Shown here: positions 28,975 through 39,999 of the stretch, one piece after another
Position numbering within the stretch: position 1 is the stretch's first letter
Layout of the letters: each line of letters begins with the position of its first letter
NCBI GenBank assembly: GCA_963702425.1
Contig: CAVPCQ010000037.1
Span: forward strand, 192,001-256,000
Direction: 5' to 3'
Source of the DNA: an uncultured Acidobacteriota bacterium
GTDB lineage: Bacteria; Acidobacteriota; Polarisedimenticolia; J045
DNA length: 64,000 nucleotides
The notes under the pieces: model-generated
Seen by the model: the letters and a program-made list of their open reading frames with translations, nothing else
Told to the model about the DNA's origin: nothing
Databases searched by the model: none
Translations under genes and position numbers: made by a program

Positions 28975-31900
28975 ATGAGCCCGAACGACGACCCCCTCGC
29001 GCCGTTCCACCCCTTGGTCCGCGCCTGGTTCGCGGAGCGGGTGGGGACGCCCACGGAGGTCCAGCGGCTGGCCTGGCCGCGGATCGCCGCCGGGGCGCAC
29101 CTGCTGGCCGCGGCCCCCACCGGGAGCGGGAAGACGCTCGCCGCGTTCCTGTGGGCGATCGACCGGCTGCTCACCGGCGCGTGGGAGCCGGGCGCGATCC
29201 GGGTGCTCTACGTCTCCCCGCTGCGGGCCCTGAACAACGACGTCCGGCGGAACCTCCTCGCCCCCCTCGAGGAGCTGAGCCGGCGCTTCGCTGCGGCCGG
29301 GTCGGCCCCGCCGGAGGTCCGGGTCCAGGTGCGCTCCGGCGACACGCCGCCCGACGAGCGCCGGCGCATGCTCCGGAAGCCGCCCGAGATCCTGATCACG
29401 ACCCCCGAGAGCCTCAACATCCTGCTCACCGCCCGCGGCTCGCGCACCCTCTTCGACGGGCTCGAGACCGTGATCCTCGACGAGATCCACGCGCTCGCCG
29501 CGACCAAGCGCGGGGCGCACCTGGTCACCGCGGTCGAGCGGCTCGGCGCTGGCCGCCGGGGAGTTCCAGCGGATCGCGCTGTCGGCGACCGTCGAGCCCA
29601 AGGAGCGGATCGCGGAGTGGGTCGGCGGCTGGGAGCTGCTCACCCCCGCGGTCGGCAACGAGGACCCCCACTACCGGCGCCGGCCGGTCGAGGTCGTCGC
29701 GTCGGGCGCGGAGCGGCGCTACGAGCTGTCCGTCGCCTACCGCGCCCCGGGCGGACCGGACAGCCGACGGGGAGGACTTCCTCGCCCTGGCCGATGGTCG
29801 TCTCCGAGGTCAAGCGCTCGCTCGCGGCGAACCGCTCGACGCTGGTCTTCGGCAACAGCCGGCGCACGGTCGAGAAGCTGACCCGCCTGGTCAACGAGGG
29901 GGAGCGCGAGCCGCCGGCGTGGGCCCACCACGGGTCGCTCTCGCGCGAGGTCCGCGAGGTCGTCGAGGAGCGCCTCAAGCGCGGCGAGCTGCGCGGGATC
30001 GTGGCCACCAACTCGCTCGAGCTGGGGATCGACATCGGCGCGCTGGACGAGGTCCTGCTGGTGACGACGCCGCCGAGCGTCGCGTCGGCGGTCCAGCGGC
30101 TCGGCCGGGCCGGCCACCAGGTGGGAGGCGTCAGCCGCGGGCGCTTCCTGCCGCTGCACGCGCGGGACCTGCTCGACGCCGCGGTCGTCGCGCGTGCGGT
30201 GCAGGAAGGGGAGGTCGAGCCGCTGCAGCCGGTCGAGGGGGCGCTCGACGTGCTGGCGCAGGTCATCGTCTCGATGACCGCGGGCGAGACCTGGGACGTG
30301 CCGGCGCTGCTCTCCGCGCTGCGCTGCGCGGCGCCCTACCACGGCCTCACGCGCCGGCAGCTCGACGACGTGCTCGAGATGCTCGACGGCCGGCACCACG
30401 GCCGCGTCGTGCCGGAGCTGCGGCCGCTGGTCTCGCTCGACGCCGTCGAGGGGACGGTCCGCGCGCGCGCCGGGGCCGAGCGCGTGCTCTACCGCAGCGG
30501 CGGCACGATCCCCGACCGCGGCTATTTCCACCTCCGGCGCGCCGGGACCGGCGCGAAGATCGGCGAGCTGGACGAGGAGTTCGTCTGGGAGCGCAAGCTC
30601 GGCGACGCCTTCACGCTCGGCGTGCAGGGCTGGCGGATCGAGCAGATCACGCACAACGACGTGCTCGTCGTCGCCGGCCGCGGGACCCGGCGCGATGGCC
30701 CCCTTCTGGCGCGCCGACGGGCGCGACCGCGGCGCGTTCCTCTCGGCCCGGATCGCGGCCTTCCTGGCCGAGGCCGAGGCGCACCTCGACGACCGGTCGC
30801 TCCCCGAGCGGCTCGTCAACGAGAACCGGCTGACGACCGCCGCGGCGTCGGCGCTGGTCGACCTGCTGCGCGCGCAGCACCGGGCGACCGGGGCGCTTCC
30901 CGGCGCCGGGCGGGTGGTCGCCGAGACGCTGGTCGAGGGGCTCGCCGCCGACGGGGCGCAGCAGCTGGTGCTGCACACCTTCTGGGGCGGGCGCGTGAAC
31001 CGGCCGTTCTCGATCGCGCTCCAGGCGGCCTGGCGCCGGCGCCACGGCACGCACCTCGAGCTGACGGTCGACGACGACGCGATCGCCGTCGCCATCCCGG
31101 CCGGCACCCGCGCCCGCTCGCTCTTCGCGCTGGTGGAGCCCGCGCAGCTGGAGAGCCTGCTGCGCGAGGAGCTGGGCGCGACCGGCTTCTTCGGCGCCCG
31201 CTTCCGCGAAGCGGCCGGGACGGCACTGCAGCTGCCGCGGCAGGGGTTCGGGCGGCGTACGCCGCTCTGGTTCACGCGGCAGCGGTCCAAGCAGCTGCTC
31301 GACCGCGTCGCGCGGCTGCCGGATTTCCCGCTGGTCGTCGAGGCCTGGCGCGCGACGCTGGCCGACCACTTCGACCTGCCGCGGCTGCGCGCGCTGCTGG
31401 CCGAGCTGCGGGACGGGACGATCGCGGTGCACGAGGCGACGACCCGCGAACCCTCGCCCTTCGCGGCCGACGTCGCCTGGCAGCGCACGAACGACCTGAT
31501 GTACCGCGACGACACGCCGGAGAGCCGGGCCGCGGCGCCGGCGGCGGGCCTGCTGCGCGAGCTGGTTCACTCCTCGGCGCTGCGCCCCCGCGTGCCGCGC
31601 GCGCGGGCCGACGAGTTCGAGCGCAAGGTCCGGCGGCTCTGGCCGGGCTACGCGCCGGCCGGCGCGCGCGAGCTGCTCGACTGGCTGCGCGAGCGGCTCG
31701 TCGTGCCGCTGGCCGAGTGGGAGGAGCTGCGCGAGGCCTCGGCGCGGGCGGCCGGCGTGCCGCCGGGGACGATGCTCGGCGAGATCGGCGGGAAGATCGC
31801 CGCCGTCGCGCCGCCGGGCGCCGACGCGCCGCGCTTCGTGGCGGCGCTCGAGGCGCTGCCGCGAATCGCCGCCGCCGCGGGCTGGGACGTGCGGGCGATC

Positions 31901-33581
31901 GCGCTGGAGCCGCTCGCTGCGGGCGTCGAACCGGCGGCGCTGCGCCGCACGCTGCAGCGGCTGGCGGCGCCCGCCGCCCGGGAACACGCCGGCCGCGAGA
32001 CGGAGCTGGGGGCCGACCCGCTGGCCGAGCTGCTCGGCGATCTCCTGCGCCTGCACGGCCCGGTGGCGGCCCGCGTGCTTTCCGACCCGCTGCTCCTTCC
32101 CGACGACGCGCTGCGCGACGCGCTGGAGTCGCTGGAGTCCTGCGGCCGCGTGGTGATCGACGCGATCACCGACGACGCCGACGAGCCGCAGCTCTGCGAC
32201 GCCGACAATCTCGAGCGCCTGCTGCGGATCGCGCGCGCCGCCCGCCGCGCCTCCTTCGCGCCGCTGCCGCTGGCGCGCCTGCCGGGCTTCCTCGCGGCGT
32301 GGCAGGGGGTCGGCGGCGCGGCCGGGCCGGGCCCTGCGGGCGCGGCCGAGCCGGGCCTGGCGGGCGCGATCGAGCGCCTCGCCGGCCTGCCGCTCGCGGC
32401 CGCGCTCTGGGAGAGCGACGTGCTGCCGGTCCGCGTGAAGGGCTACGAGCCGGCGCAGCTCGACGCGCTGCTCGCGGGGGGCGAGATCGAGTGGTGGGGG
32501 GCGGGGGAGAAGCGGGTCGCCTTCGCGCCCGCGGGGGAGCGGGAGCTGTTCGTCGAAGCGGACGGCCCGGCGAACGGCCCGGCGAACGGCCCGGCGGACG
32601 GAAGCAGCGTCGCGTCGCGGGAGGGAAGCCCGGCCCGGTCGCGGCTGCTCGCGATCTTCCCGGAGATCCTCGGCCGCTACCCGCTCGAGGCGCTGGCGGC
32701 GCGCAGCGGCCTGACCACGGCCGAGGCGACGCGCCGCCTGTGGGCGCTGGCATGGGACGGCCTCGCGGCGACCGACGGGTTCGGCCCGGTGCGGGCCGGC
32801 CTGGCGAGCGGCTTCGCGCCCGCCGAAGCGCGCGCGGGAGACGCGCCGCGCACCGCGCCGTTCGCAGCCGGCGCGCGCCGCCTGCGCTTCGGCACCTGGC
32901 GGTCGACGCGCGCATTCGGCGGCGCCTGGTCGCCGCTCTTCCCGCCCGATCCGCCGGCCGACGCGCTCGAGCGCGACGAGCTGGACCGCGAGCGCGCCCG
33001 CGTCCTGCTCTACCGCTACGGCGTCGTCTTCCGCGAGCTGACGGCGCGCGAGCTGCCCGCGCTCGCCTGGGGCCGGCTGTTCCGGGCGCTGCGCCTGATC
33101 GAGCTGTCCGGGGAGGCGGTCGGCGGGCAGTTCTTCGAGGGGATCCCGGGCGCCCAGTTCGCGCTGCCGGAGGCGATCGAGGCGCTGCGGGGGCCGGCCG
33201 GCGCCGCGCACGACGCGGCCTGGTTCCTCTCGGCCGCCGACCCGGCCTCGCCGTCGGGGCTCGGGCTCCCCGGGCTCCCCGAGGGGCTGCCGCGCCGCGT
33301 CCCGACCAGCCACGCGGCGTTCGCCGGCACGCGCCTCGTCGCCGCCTCCGAGCGCCGCGGCCGCGCGCTCTCGCTCTTCGTGCCGCCGGACGACCCGGCG
33401 CTCGCGGTCGCCGTCGAGCTGCTGCGCTTTCTGTCCGGTCAGCGCGTCGCGCGCCCCTCGGTCGTGATCGAGACGATCAACGGCGAGCGGGCGGCGGACA
33501 GCGCGTACGCGCCCGCGCTGGCCGAGGCGTTCCACGCCACGCGCGACGGCGGGGCGCTGCGGCTGATGCGGCGGGGGCTGA
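28975..33581 (+). CDS. lhr: Lhr-family DEAD/DEAH helicase, frameshifts near 29545, 29750, 30680 and 33575
   Basis: APTGSGKT, YVSPLRAL, TTPESL, DEIH, HHGSLS, SLELGID, QRLGR, GTIPDRG, LDEEFV; C-terminal RYGVV, GAQFA, ADPA. Confidence 0.9.
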
Positions 33582-34639
33582 TGCCGGAGACCCGGATCGT
33601 GATCCCCCGCGTCGGCGGCCCGGAGGTGCTGACGCTCGAGCCGTTCGCGCCGGCGTCCCCCGGGCCCGGCGAGGTCGCGATCGACGTCCGCGCGGCGGGC
33701 GTCAACTTCGCCGACCTGTTCTGCCGCCTGGGACTCTACGCCGCGGCGCCGCCACGGCCGTTCGCGCCGGGGTTCGAGGTCGCGGGCGTGGTCGCCGGGG
33801 TCGGGCCCGGCGTCGCGGCGCCGCGCGTCGGGGAGCGCGTGATCGGCGTGCTCCGCTTCGGCGGCTACGCGACGCGCGTCCACGTGCCGGCGGCCTGGAC
33901 ACGACCGCTCCCCGACGGCTGGTCGTTCGCCGAGGGGGCCGCGTTCCCGGTGGCGTTCCTCACGGCGTGGTACGGCCTGATCCACCAGGGGCGCCTCGCG
34001 CGCGGCGAGACGGCCGTGATCCACTCCGCCGCCGGCGGCGTCGGCAGCGCCGCGTGCCAGCTGGCGCGCCACGCCGGAGCGCGCGTGCTCGGCACGGTCG
34101 GCAGCGAGGCCAAGCGGGCCGCCGCGCTCGCCGCCGGCGCGGACGAGGTCGTCGTCTCGCCCACCTACGACGTCTGGGCGGAGATCGACCGGCTGACCGC
34201 GGGCCGCGGCGTGGACGTCGTGTTCGACGCGGTCGGCGGCCGCGGTCTCGCCGCGGGCTATCGCCGCCTGCGGCCGATGGGGCGGCTCGTCGTCTACGGC
34301 TTCGCCGAGATGATGCCGCGGGGCGGCCTTCGTAACTGGCCCGCGCTGGCCTGGCGCCGGCTGCGCACCCCGCACTTCGATCCGCTCGACATGACCGGAA
34401 AGAACCGCGCGGTCATCGGCTTCAATCTCGTCCACCTCTTCGACCGCGACGAGCCGTTGGGCCGCGGCTTCGACGAGCTGCTGGCGCTCGCGCGCGCGGG
34501 CGCGCTGCGCCCGGTCGTCGGCGCGACGGTCCCCTTCGAGCGCGCGGCCGACGCGCACCGGCTGCTGCAGTCGCGCGCCTCGACGGGGAAGGTGGTGCTC
34601 GTGCGCGATCCGGATTCCCGTGGCACCATCAAGGCATGA
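33581..34639 (+). CDS. MDR-family quinone oxidoreductase (VAT-1-like)
   Basis: [36 protein letters not shown]. Confidence 0.88.
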   Translation: MPETRIVIPRVGGPEVLTLEPFAPASPGPGEVAIDVRAAGVNFADLFCRLGLYAAAPPRPFAPGFEVAGVVAGVGPGVAAPRVGERVIGVLRFGGYATRVHVPAAWTRPLPDGWSFAEGAAFPVAFLTAWYGLIHQGRLARGETAVIHSAAGGVGSAACQLARHAGARVLGTVGSEAKRAAALAAGADEVVVSPTYDVWAEIDRLTAGRGVDVVFDAVGGRGLAAGYRRLRPMGRLVVYGFAEMMPRGGLRNWPALAWRRLRTPHFDPLDMTGKNRAVIGFNLVHLFDRDEPLGRGFDELLALARAGALRPVVGATVPFERAADAHRLLQSRASTGKVVLVRDPDSRGTIKA

Positions 34640-35286
34640 GCAAAGCGCCGCGCCTCGCCCTGTTCGCACTCCTGCTCTCCACTTTCGCCTGCGCCGATGC
34701 GCCGGCTCCCGGGACCAAGCCGATGACCGAGACCCCGCCTGCGACCGTGACCGCGAACGAGACCGCCACCCTGGGCGGCGGCTGCTTCTGGTGCATCGAG
34801 GCGGTCTTCGAGCGGATCCAGGGAGTCGCCGAGGCGACCTCCGGCTACGCCGGCGGTTCGACGAAGAACCCGACGTACGACGAGGTCTCCAGCGGCACCA
34901 CCGGCCACGCCGAGGTGGTGGAGATCCGCTTCGACTCGAAGGTCACGAGCTACCGCGAGATCCTCGAGATCTTCTTCGCGATGCACGATCCGACGACGCC
35001 CGACCGGCAGGGGGCCGATGTCGGCAGCCAGTATCGCTCGATCATCCTGACCCATTCGCCCGAGCAGAAGGCGACGGCCGAGGCGCTGATCCGCGAGCTG
35101 ACGGCGGAGAAGGTCTTCGACGCTCCGATCGTGACCCAGGTCGTCCCGTTCGAGGCCTTCCATCCGGCCGAGATCTCGCACCAGGAGTACTACGACCGCA
35201 ATCCGAACGCGGGCTACTGCCGGGTCGTGATCTCGCCGAAGATCGCAAAGCTGAAGAAGGTCTTCGCGGCCAAGCTCAAGAACTAG
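34636..35286 (+). CDS. msrA: Peptide methionine sulfoxide reductase A with signal peptide
   Basis: GGCFWC, GHAEVV, QYRS, HQEYY, GYC; N-terminal signal ending TFAC (possible lipobox). Confidence 0.95.
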   Translation: MSKAPRLALFALLLSTFACADAPAPGTKPMTETPPATVTANETATLGGGCFWCIEAVFERIQGVAEATSGYAGGSTKNPTYDEVSSGTTGHAEVVEIRFDSKVTSYREILEIFFAMHDPTTPDRQGADVGSQYRSIILTHSPEQKATAEALIRELTAEKVFDAPIVTQVVPFEAFHPAEISHQEYYDRNPNAGYCRVVISPKIAKLKKVFAAKLKN

Positions 35287-35415
35287 CGCCCCGGAGCAGG
35301 GCAGCCCGAGGTCGGAGACCGGGGCCCGGGTCACCGCGCTGCAGCTCGCCGACGCTGCCGAAGCTGTGCTATCCTCCAACGGTTTCCGTGCCCTGCCGCA
35401 GGCGAGGGGTCGCCG

Positions 35416-38247
35416 ATGGTGGACCCGAAGCGCGGCTCTCTGGACGAGTTGCCGACCCACGCGATCGACGGGGACGGCGTCCACCCCTCCCTGGCGAATA
35501 CCGAAGCGACCGCGGCGGGCCCCTCGTTGCCGCCCCACGTTCCCCCGCAGATCGGCCCCTACCGCGTGCTGCGCCTGCTCGGTGAGGGGGGCATGGGCAC
35601 GGTCGTGGAGTGCGAGCAGGAGCAGCCGCTGCGGCGCCGGGTGGCGCTCAAGCTGATCCGGACCGGTCTGGCGAGCGGCGAGTTCGTCGCCCGCTTCGAC
35701 TCCGAGCGGCAAACGTTGGCGCAGATGAACCACCCGGCGATAGCGCGCGTGTTCGACGCCGGCGCCAGCCAGTGGGGACCGTTCTTCGTGATGGAGTTCG
35801 TCGCCGGCGAGCCGGTCACGACCTACTGCGACCACCGCACGTTGACCGTGCGTGAGCGCCTCGAGGTGTTCATCAGGGTCTGCGAGGGGGTGCAGCACGC
35901 GCACCAGAACGGCGTCATCCACCGCGACCTCAAGCCTTCCAACATCCTGGTGACGGACGAGAGCGGTCGGCCGGCGCCCAAGATCATCGACTTCGGCATT
36001 GCGAAGGCAATCCGCCCCAGGCCGGAGGAGGCGCCCTTCCGGACGCTGCGCGGGGAGTTGATGGGCACCCCCGAGTACATGAGCCCGGAGCAGGCCGATC
36101 CCTCCCGTGGCGACGTCGACACCCGTGCCGACGTGTACTCGCTCGGCGTCATCCTCTATGAGCTGCTCGTTGGCGCCCTGCCGTTCCCCGCTCGCAGCGC
36201 GGGTGCGGGGGCGCTAGAGGCGGTCTCGCACCGGCTGCGCGAGGCCGAGCCGCCGCGACCCAGCACGCGCCTCGCCTCGCTCGCCGATCACGGCCAGCGA
36301 ACGGCGCAGCTCCGTCGAGCCAGCCAGCACGGACTGGCCCGTGTTCTGCGCGGGGATGTCGACTGGATCGTTCTCAAGGCGATGGAGCGGGAGCGGGAGC
36401 GACGGTACGCCTCGGTCTCGGAGCTGACCGCCGACATCGGCCGCTACCTCGAGCTGCAGCCCGTGCTGGCCGGTCCACCGAGCGCGGTATATCGGATTGG
36501 GAAGTTCGTCCGCCGCCATCGACTCGGGGTCGCCGCCGGCGCGGTCGCGCTTCTCGGCCTGATGGCCGCCGCGGCCGGGACCAGCATCGGCCTGGTGCGC
36601 GCGCGGGAGGCGGAGCGGCGAGCCGTCGCGGAAGCTCGCACCGCCGAGCAGGTGTCGGAGTTCCTCGAGGGGCTGTTCAAGGTCTCGGACCCCAGCGAGG
36701 CGCGCGGCGGCGCGCTGACAGCCCGGGATCTCCTCGACCGTGGCGCAGGCCGGGTCAGGGGCGACCTCGCGCAGCAGCCGCTCGTGCAGGCGAGGATGCT
36801 CGCCTCGATCGGTCGCGTGGTTGACAACCTGGGTGACTACCCGCGCGCCAGGGAACTGCTCGAGGAGGCGCTGGCCATCCGGCGCGCCCAGCTTGGTCCG
36901 AACCACCCCGAGGTCGCCACCAGCCTGCACGATCTGGCGCTGGTCCTCGACCACCAGGGGCAGCCCGGCCAGGCCGAGACGCTCGCTCGCCAGGCGCTGG
37001 CGATTGACGAGTACGCGCTTGGCTCCGAGCACCCCGCGCTCGGCAACGTGCTGAGCGAGCTTGGCGCGCTGGCGCGGCGGCGCGGGGACCTGGCGAGCGC
37101 CCGCTCGCTTCACGAGCGCGCCCTGGCGATCCGCGAGAAGGTGCTGGGTCCGGACGACCCGGTGCTCGCCGGGAGCCTCAACAACCTTGCGCTCGTGCTC
37201 AAGGACCGCGGCGACTACGCGGCCGCACGGCCGCTTCTCGAGCGCTCGCTGGCGATTCGCGAGCAGGCGCTCGGCCATGACCACCCGGATGTGGCGAACG
37301 CCCTCAACAACCTCGCGATCCTGCTCTGCCAATCGGGCGACTGCGCGGCGGCGCAGCCGCTGTTCGAGCGGGCGCTCTCGATCCGCGAGCGGAGCTTCGG
37401 TCCCGAGCACCCCTGGGTCGCGGAGAGCGTGGATAACCTGGCGAGCGTGCTCTACTCGAGCGGCGAGTTCGCCGCGGCCCTGCCGCTGTATGAGCGCGCC
37501 CTCGCCATCCGCGAGCGCAGCCTCGGACCCGACCATCCGCGGCTCGCCGTCGGTCTCGGCAATCTCGGCGCGCTGCTCTCCGAACTCGGTCAGTGCGACC
37601 GCGCCCGCGTCCTGCTCGAGCGTGCCCTGGCGATCACGGAGAAGGTGTACGGGCCGGACCACGGCAACGCGGTGACGACGCTGGACGAACTCGCCAGCCT
37701 GGAGAGCGACACCGGCAACCCGCGGACGGCGCGGGTGCTGGCGGATCAGGCCCTGGCCATCGCGGACCGCACGCTCGGCCCCGAGCACCCGGACACGGCA
37801 ACCGCGCTCCGCACCGCCGCCTCCGTGCGGAGTGCGGCAGGCGACGTCGCCGGGGCACGTCCCCTGGCCGAGCGGGCAGTGAGCGTCGCCGAGCGCGTCC
37901 TGGGACCGGACCACCCCGACACCGCGACCGCGCACCTGACCCTGGCTCGCGTCGACTTCGCCCTTGGCGATCGGGAGCGGGCGCGAGCCCTCGCCGGCCC
38001 CGCACTGGAGTCGCTCGCCCGGGCGCTCGGAGAGAGCCACCCGCAGGTGGCGTTCGAACGCGCTCGCTGGAACGCGCTCGAGGGGAACCGCGCCGAGACT
38101 CTGCGGTGGCTCCGCCTCGCCGCCGCGCGCGGGTTCGCGAACGCTGCGCGGGTGCTGACGTCCGAGATCGGATATCTTCGCGGTGACGCGGAACTGCGGT
38201 CCATCCTTGCGGGAATGGGAGGCCGTGCGGATCGGGGCGGGTCCTGA
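35416..38247 (+). CDS. Hanks-type Ser/Thr kinase with TM helix and TPR repeats
   Basis: GEGGMG, VALK, HRDLKPSN, DFG, GTPEYMSPE; about ten 42-aa LGPDHP-type TPR repeats. Confidence 0.95.
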   Translation: MVDPKRGSLDELPTHAIDGDGVHPSLANTEATAAGPSLPPHVPPQIGPYRVLRLLGEGGMGTVVECEQEQPLRRRVALKLIRTGLASGEFVARFDSERQTLAQMNHPAIARVFDAGASQWGPFFVMEFVAGEPVTTYCDHRTLTVRERLEVFIRVCEGVQHAHQNGVIHRDLKPSNILVTDESGRPAPKIIDFGIAKAIRPRPEEAPFRTLRGELMGTPEYMSPEQADPSRGDVDTRADVYSLGVILYELLVGALPFPARSAGAGALEAVSHRLREAEPPRPSTRLASLADHGQRTAQLRRASQHGLARVLRGDVDWIVLKAMERERERRYASVSELTADIGRYLELQPVLAGPPSAVYRIGKFVRRHRLGVAAGAVALLGLMAAAAGTSIGLVRAREAERRAVAEARTAEQVSEFLEGLFKVSDPSEARGGALTARDLLDRGAGRVRGDLAQQPLVQARMLASIGRVVDNLGDYPRARELLEEALAIRRAQLGPNHPEVATSLHDLALVLDHQGQPGQAETLARQALAIDEYALGSEHPALGNVLSELGALARRRGDLASARSLHERALAIREKVLGPDDPVLAGSLNNLALVLKDRGDYAAARPLLERSLAIREQALGHDHPDVANALNNLAILLCQSGDCAAAQPLFERALSIRERSFGPEHPWVAESVDNLASVLYSSGEFAAALPLYERALAIRERSLGPDHPRLAVGLGNLGALLSELGQCDRARVLLERALAITEKVYGPDHGNAVTTLDELASLESDTGNPRTARVLADQALAIADRTLGPEHPDTATALRTAASVRSAAGDVAGARPLAERAVSVAERVLGPDHPDTATAHLTLARVDFALGDRERARALAGPALESLARALGESHPQVAFERARWNALEGNRAETLRWLRLAAARGFANAARVLTSEIGYLRGDAELRSILAGMGGRADRGGS

Positions 38248-38295
38248 GCCGGTTCCCGCGCGGTCGCGCGGTCACCATCAGTCCCGCTCCGAGAG

Positions 38296-39111
38296 CTACC
38301 TCAGCCCGAAGTCCCAGACCAGCGCGAAGGTGACCATCGGCCCGTTCGCCGACTGCCCCGGGAACAGCCAGCCGAGCTGCCCGAACTCGAAGAAGTGCGC
38401 CCGGGCGTCGAGCCGCAGGCCGCCGACGTGGCCGAACGGGAACGCCACGCCCAGTCCGACGTAGCCGCCGGGCGACCAGTCGTGGTTGCCGGTGCTCTCG
38501 TAGCCACCGCCACAGCAGTTGTACCAGCCGCAGTAGCAGCCGCCGTAGTCGTCGGAGGAGACGCCGACGGTCGCGTAGTAGGCGCCGAGGCCGGCGAGCA
38601 GGTGCAGTTGTGCGGCCGGCGAGGCGGCGACGACGACGCGCGTGCTGGCCGTGATGAAGCTCACCGTGAGCGACAGGCTGGCGTCATTCCAGTCGTCGTT
38701 CCACCAGTCGTCGCCCCAGTAGTCTCCCGGCACGTCGACGGAGCGCTCGTTGTCGAACATGTAGCTGCCGAGGTCGAAGCCGACGAACCACGCCACCTTC
38801 GAACTGCTCTTGATCCGGCCGTGGAAGGTCAGCTCGACACCGATCGCGTCGGTCTCGAACGGCCCGGAGTTCTCGGCGATGTAGTTCGCGGGGATCGGCT
38901 CGAAGTCCGCGGCGCCGCTCCAGCTGCCGTAGCCGAGGCCGAAGCCGACGAGGAACACCGCCTTGACCATCGACGCGGGGGACGAGTCGGCGACGACGGG
39001 CTCGGCGACCGGGTCGGCCGTCGTCGGTGGCTCGGCACCGGCACGGGACGTGGCGAGGAACGACAGCAGGACGGGAAGCAGCGCGACCGCGGCGACACGG
39101 TGGCAACGCAT
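38296..39111 (-). CDS. Secreted protein, probable small outer-membrane beta-barrel
   Basis: Signal peptide, alternating beta-strand patterns, terminal VTFALVWDF. Confidence 0.55.
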   Translation of the reverse strand: MRCHRVAAVALLPVLLSFLATSRAGAEPPTTADPVAEPVVADSSPASMVKAVFLVGFGLGYGSWSGAADFEPIPANYIAENSGPFETDAIGVELTFHGRIKSSSKVAWFVGFDLGSYMFDNERSVDVPGDYWGDDWWNDDWNDASLSLTVSFITASTRVVVAASPAAQLHLLAGLGAYYATVGVSSDDYGGCYCGWYNCCGGGYESTGNHDWSPGGYVGLGVAFPFGHVGGLRLDARAHFFEFGQLGWLFPGQSANGPMVTFALVWDFGLR

Positions 39112-39149
39112 GGCACCTCCTGCTGTGAGCCTCCCCGAAGGGTTGCGCC

Positions 39150-39746
39150 CTACTTGATCGACCAGATCTTCGTCAGCGGGATCGGCGGCTGGTTGGAGGG
39201 GACCTCGATCGTGAGCTCCCCCTCCGCGCTGAACGCGAGGCGGGCGCCGACGATCAGCGTGCCGGTCCCGCTTCCCTTCGCATCCAGGACCATCTCGGCC
39301 GCCGTGACCGGGTACTTCAGGAACTCGGAGCTGGCGTCGAAATTGACGTTGCTCACGAACTTGTCGGTCACGACGATCACCTTGCTGCCCGTGTCGGTCT
39401 TGATCTGGCGCGTGTAGCGGATCTGGTAGCCCAGGCCGCCGGGCTGGCTGAAGTACCCGTGCGAGGCCTGCTTCTGGAGGGCCTCATAGAGCCCTAGGTT
39501 GCTGCCCGCCTTGAACGCAGCGAGCAGCGCGGCGCGCTCGTCGGCGCTCGACCACTGGTTGATCGTGATGTCCATTTCCCCGGCCCCCTGGACGCCGGGC
39601 CCGGCATCGGCCATCGCGATCGTGCGGTACTGCGCGATGTGCTTGGCCTCCTTGGCGATCGCGGGCAGGACGACGAGCAGCGCGGCGAAACCGAGGAGCG
39701 CGAACAGGGGGAACGCGAGCGGGCGGCGGACGGACGAAAGGTTCAT
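39150..39746 (-). CDS. Secreted hypothetical protein
   Basis: GGAG RBS, signal peptide MNLSSVRRPLAF..., coding bias. Confidence 0.65.
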   Translation of the reverse strand: MNLSSVRRPLAFPLFALLGFAALLVVLPAIAKEAKHIAQYRTIAMADAGPGVQGAGEMDITINQWSSADERAALLAAFKAGSNLGLYEALQKQASHGYFSQPGGLGYQIRYTRQIKTDTGSKVIVVTDKFVSNVNFDASSEFLKYPVTAAEMVLDAKGSGTGTLIVGARLAFSAEGELTIEVPSNQPPIPLTKIWSIK

Positions 39747-39889
39747 GGCGAAGTCTCCGTGAACGAAAGGGACTCGACGATACGCCGGGGGCCGAGGGCC
39801 GGGCAAGAGAAACGGGTGCGTGACGGATTTTTGTCCGGAATGGAGTTTACGGAGAGGACGGAGGGTCGAACCGGCCGGCCTGGCCGCGA

Positions 39890-39912
39890 GACGAGCCCCG
39901 ACGGGGCTCGTC
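39890..39912. terminator. Hairpin downstream of the hybrid kinase
   Basis: GACGAGCCCC-GAC-GGGGCTCGTC perfect stem; no clear U-tract. Confidence 0.4.
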
Positions 39913-39999
39913 CGCGCGCACGTCAAGGGGCACGGGCCGGGCGTGACGCGGGTACGGGAGTGTGACCGGCACGCCGCCGCTCCGGCCACCCCACTCGCG

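Noticed and set aside
32563-32596. Short tandem repeat (GGCCCGGCGAAC-like, about three copies) in lhr
   Set aside because: An in-frame 12-bp slippage repeat in a linker (GPAN); no evidence of function.
30695-34639. Apparent Lhr-quinone oxidoreductase fusion (1314-aa ORF)
   Set aside because: Removing one G from the run near 33575 gives MRRG-stop with a TGATG overlap onto the ATG at 33581; probably a homopolymer error.
36800-38050. 126-bp periodic repeats in the kinase gene
   Set aside because: Fully explained by 42-aa TPR coding repeats.
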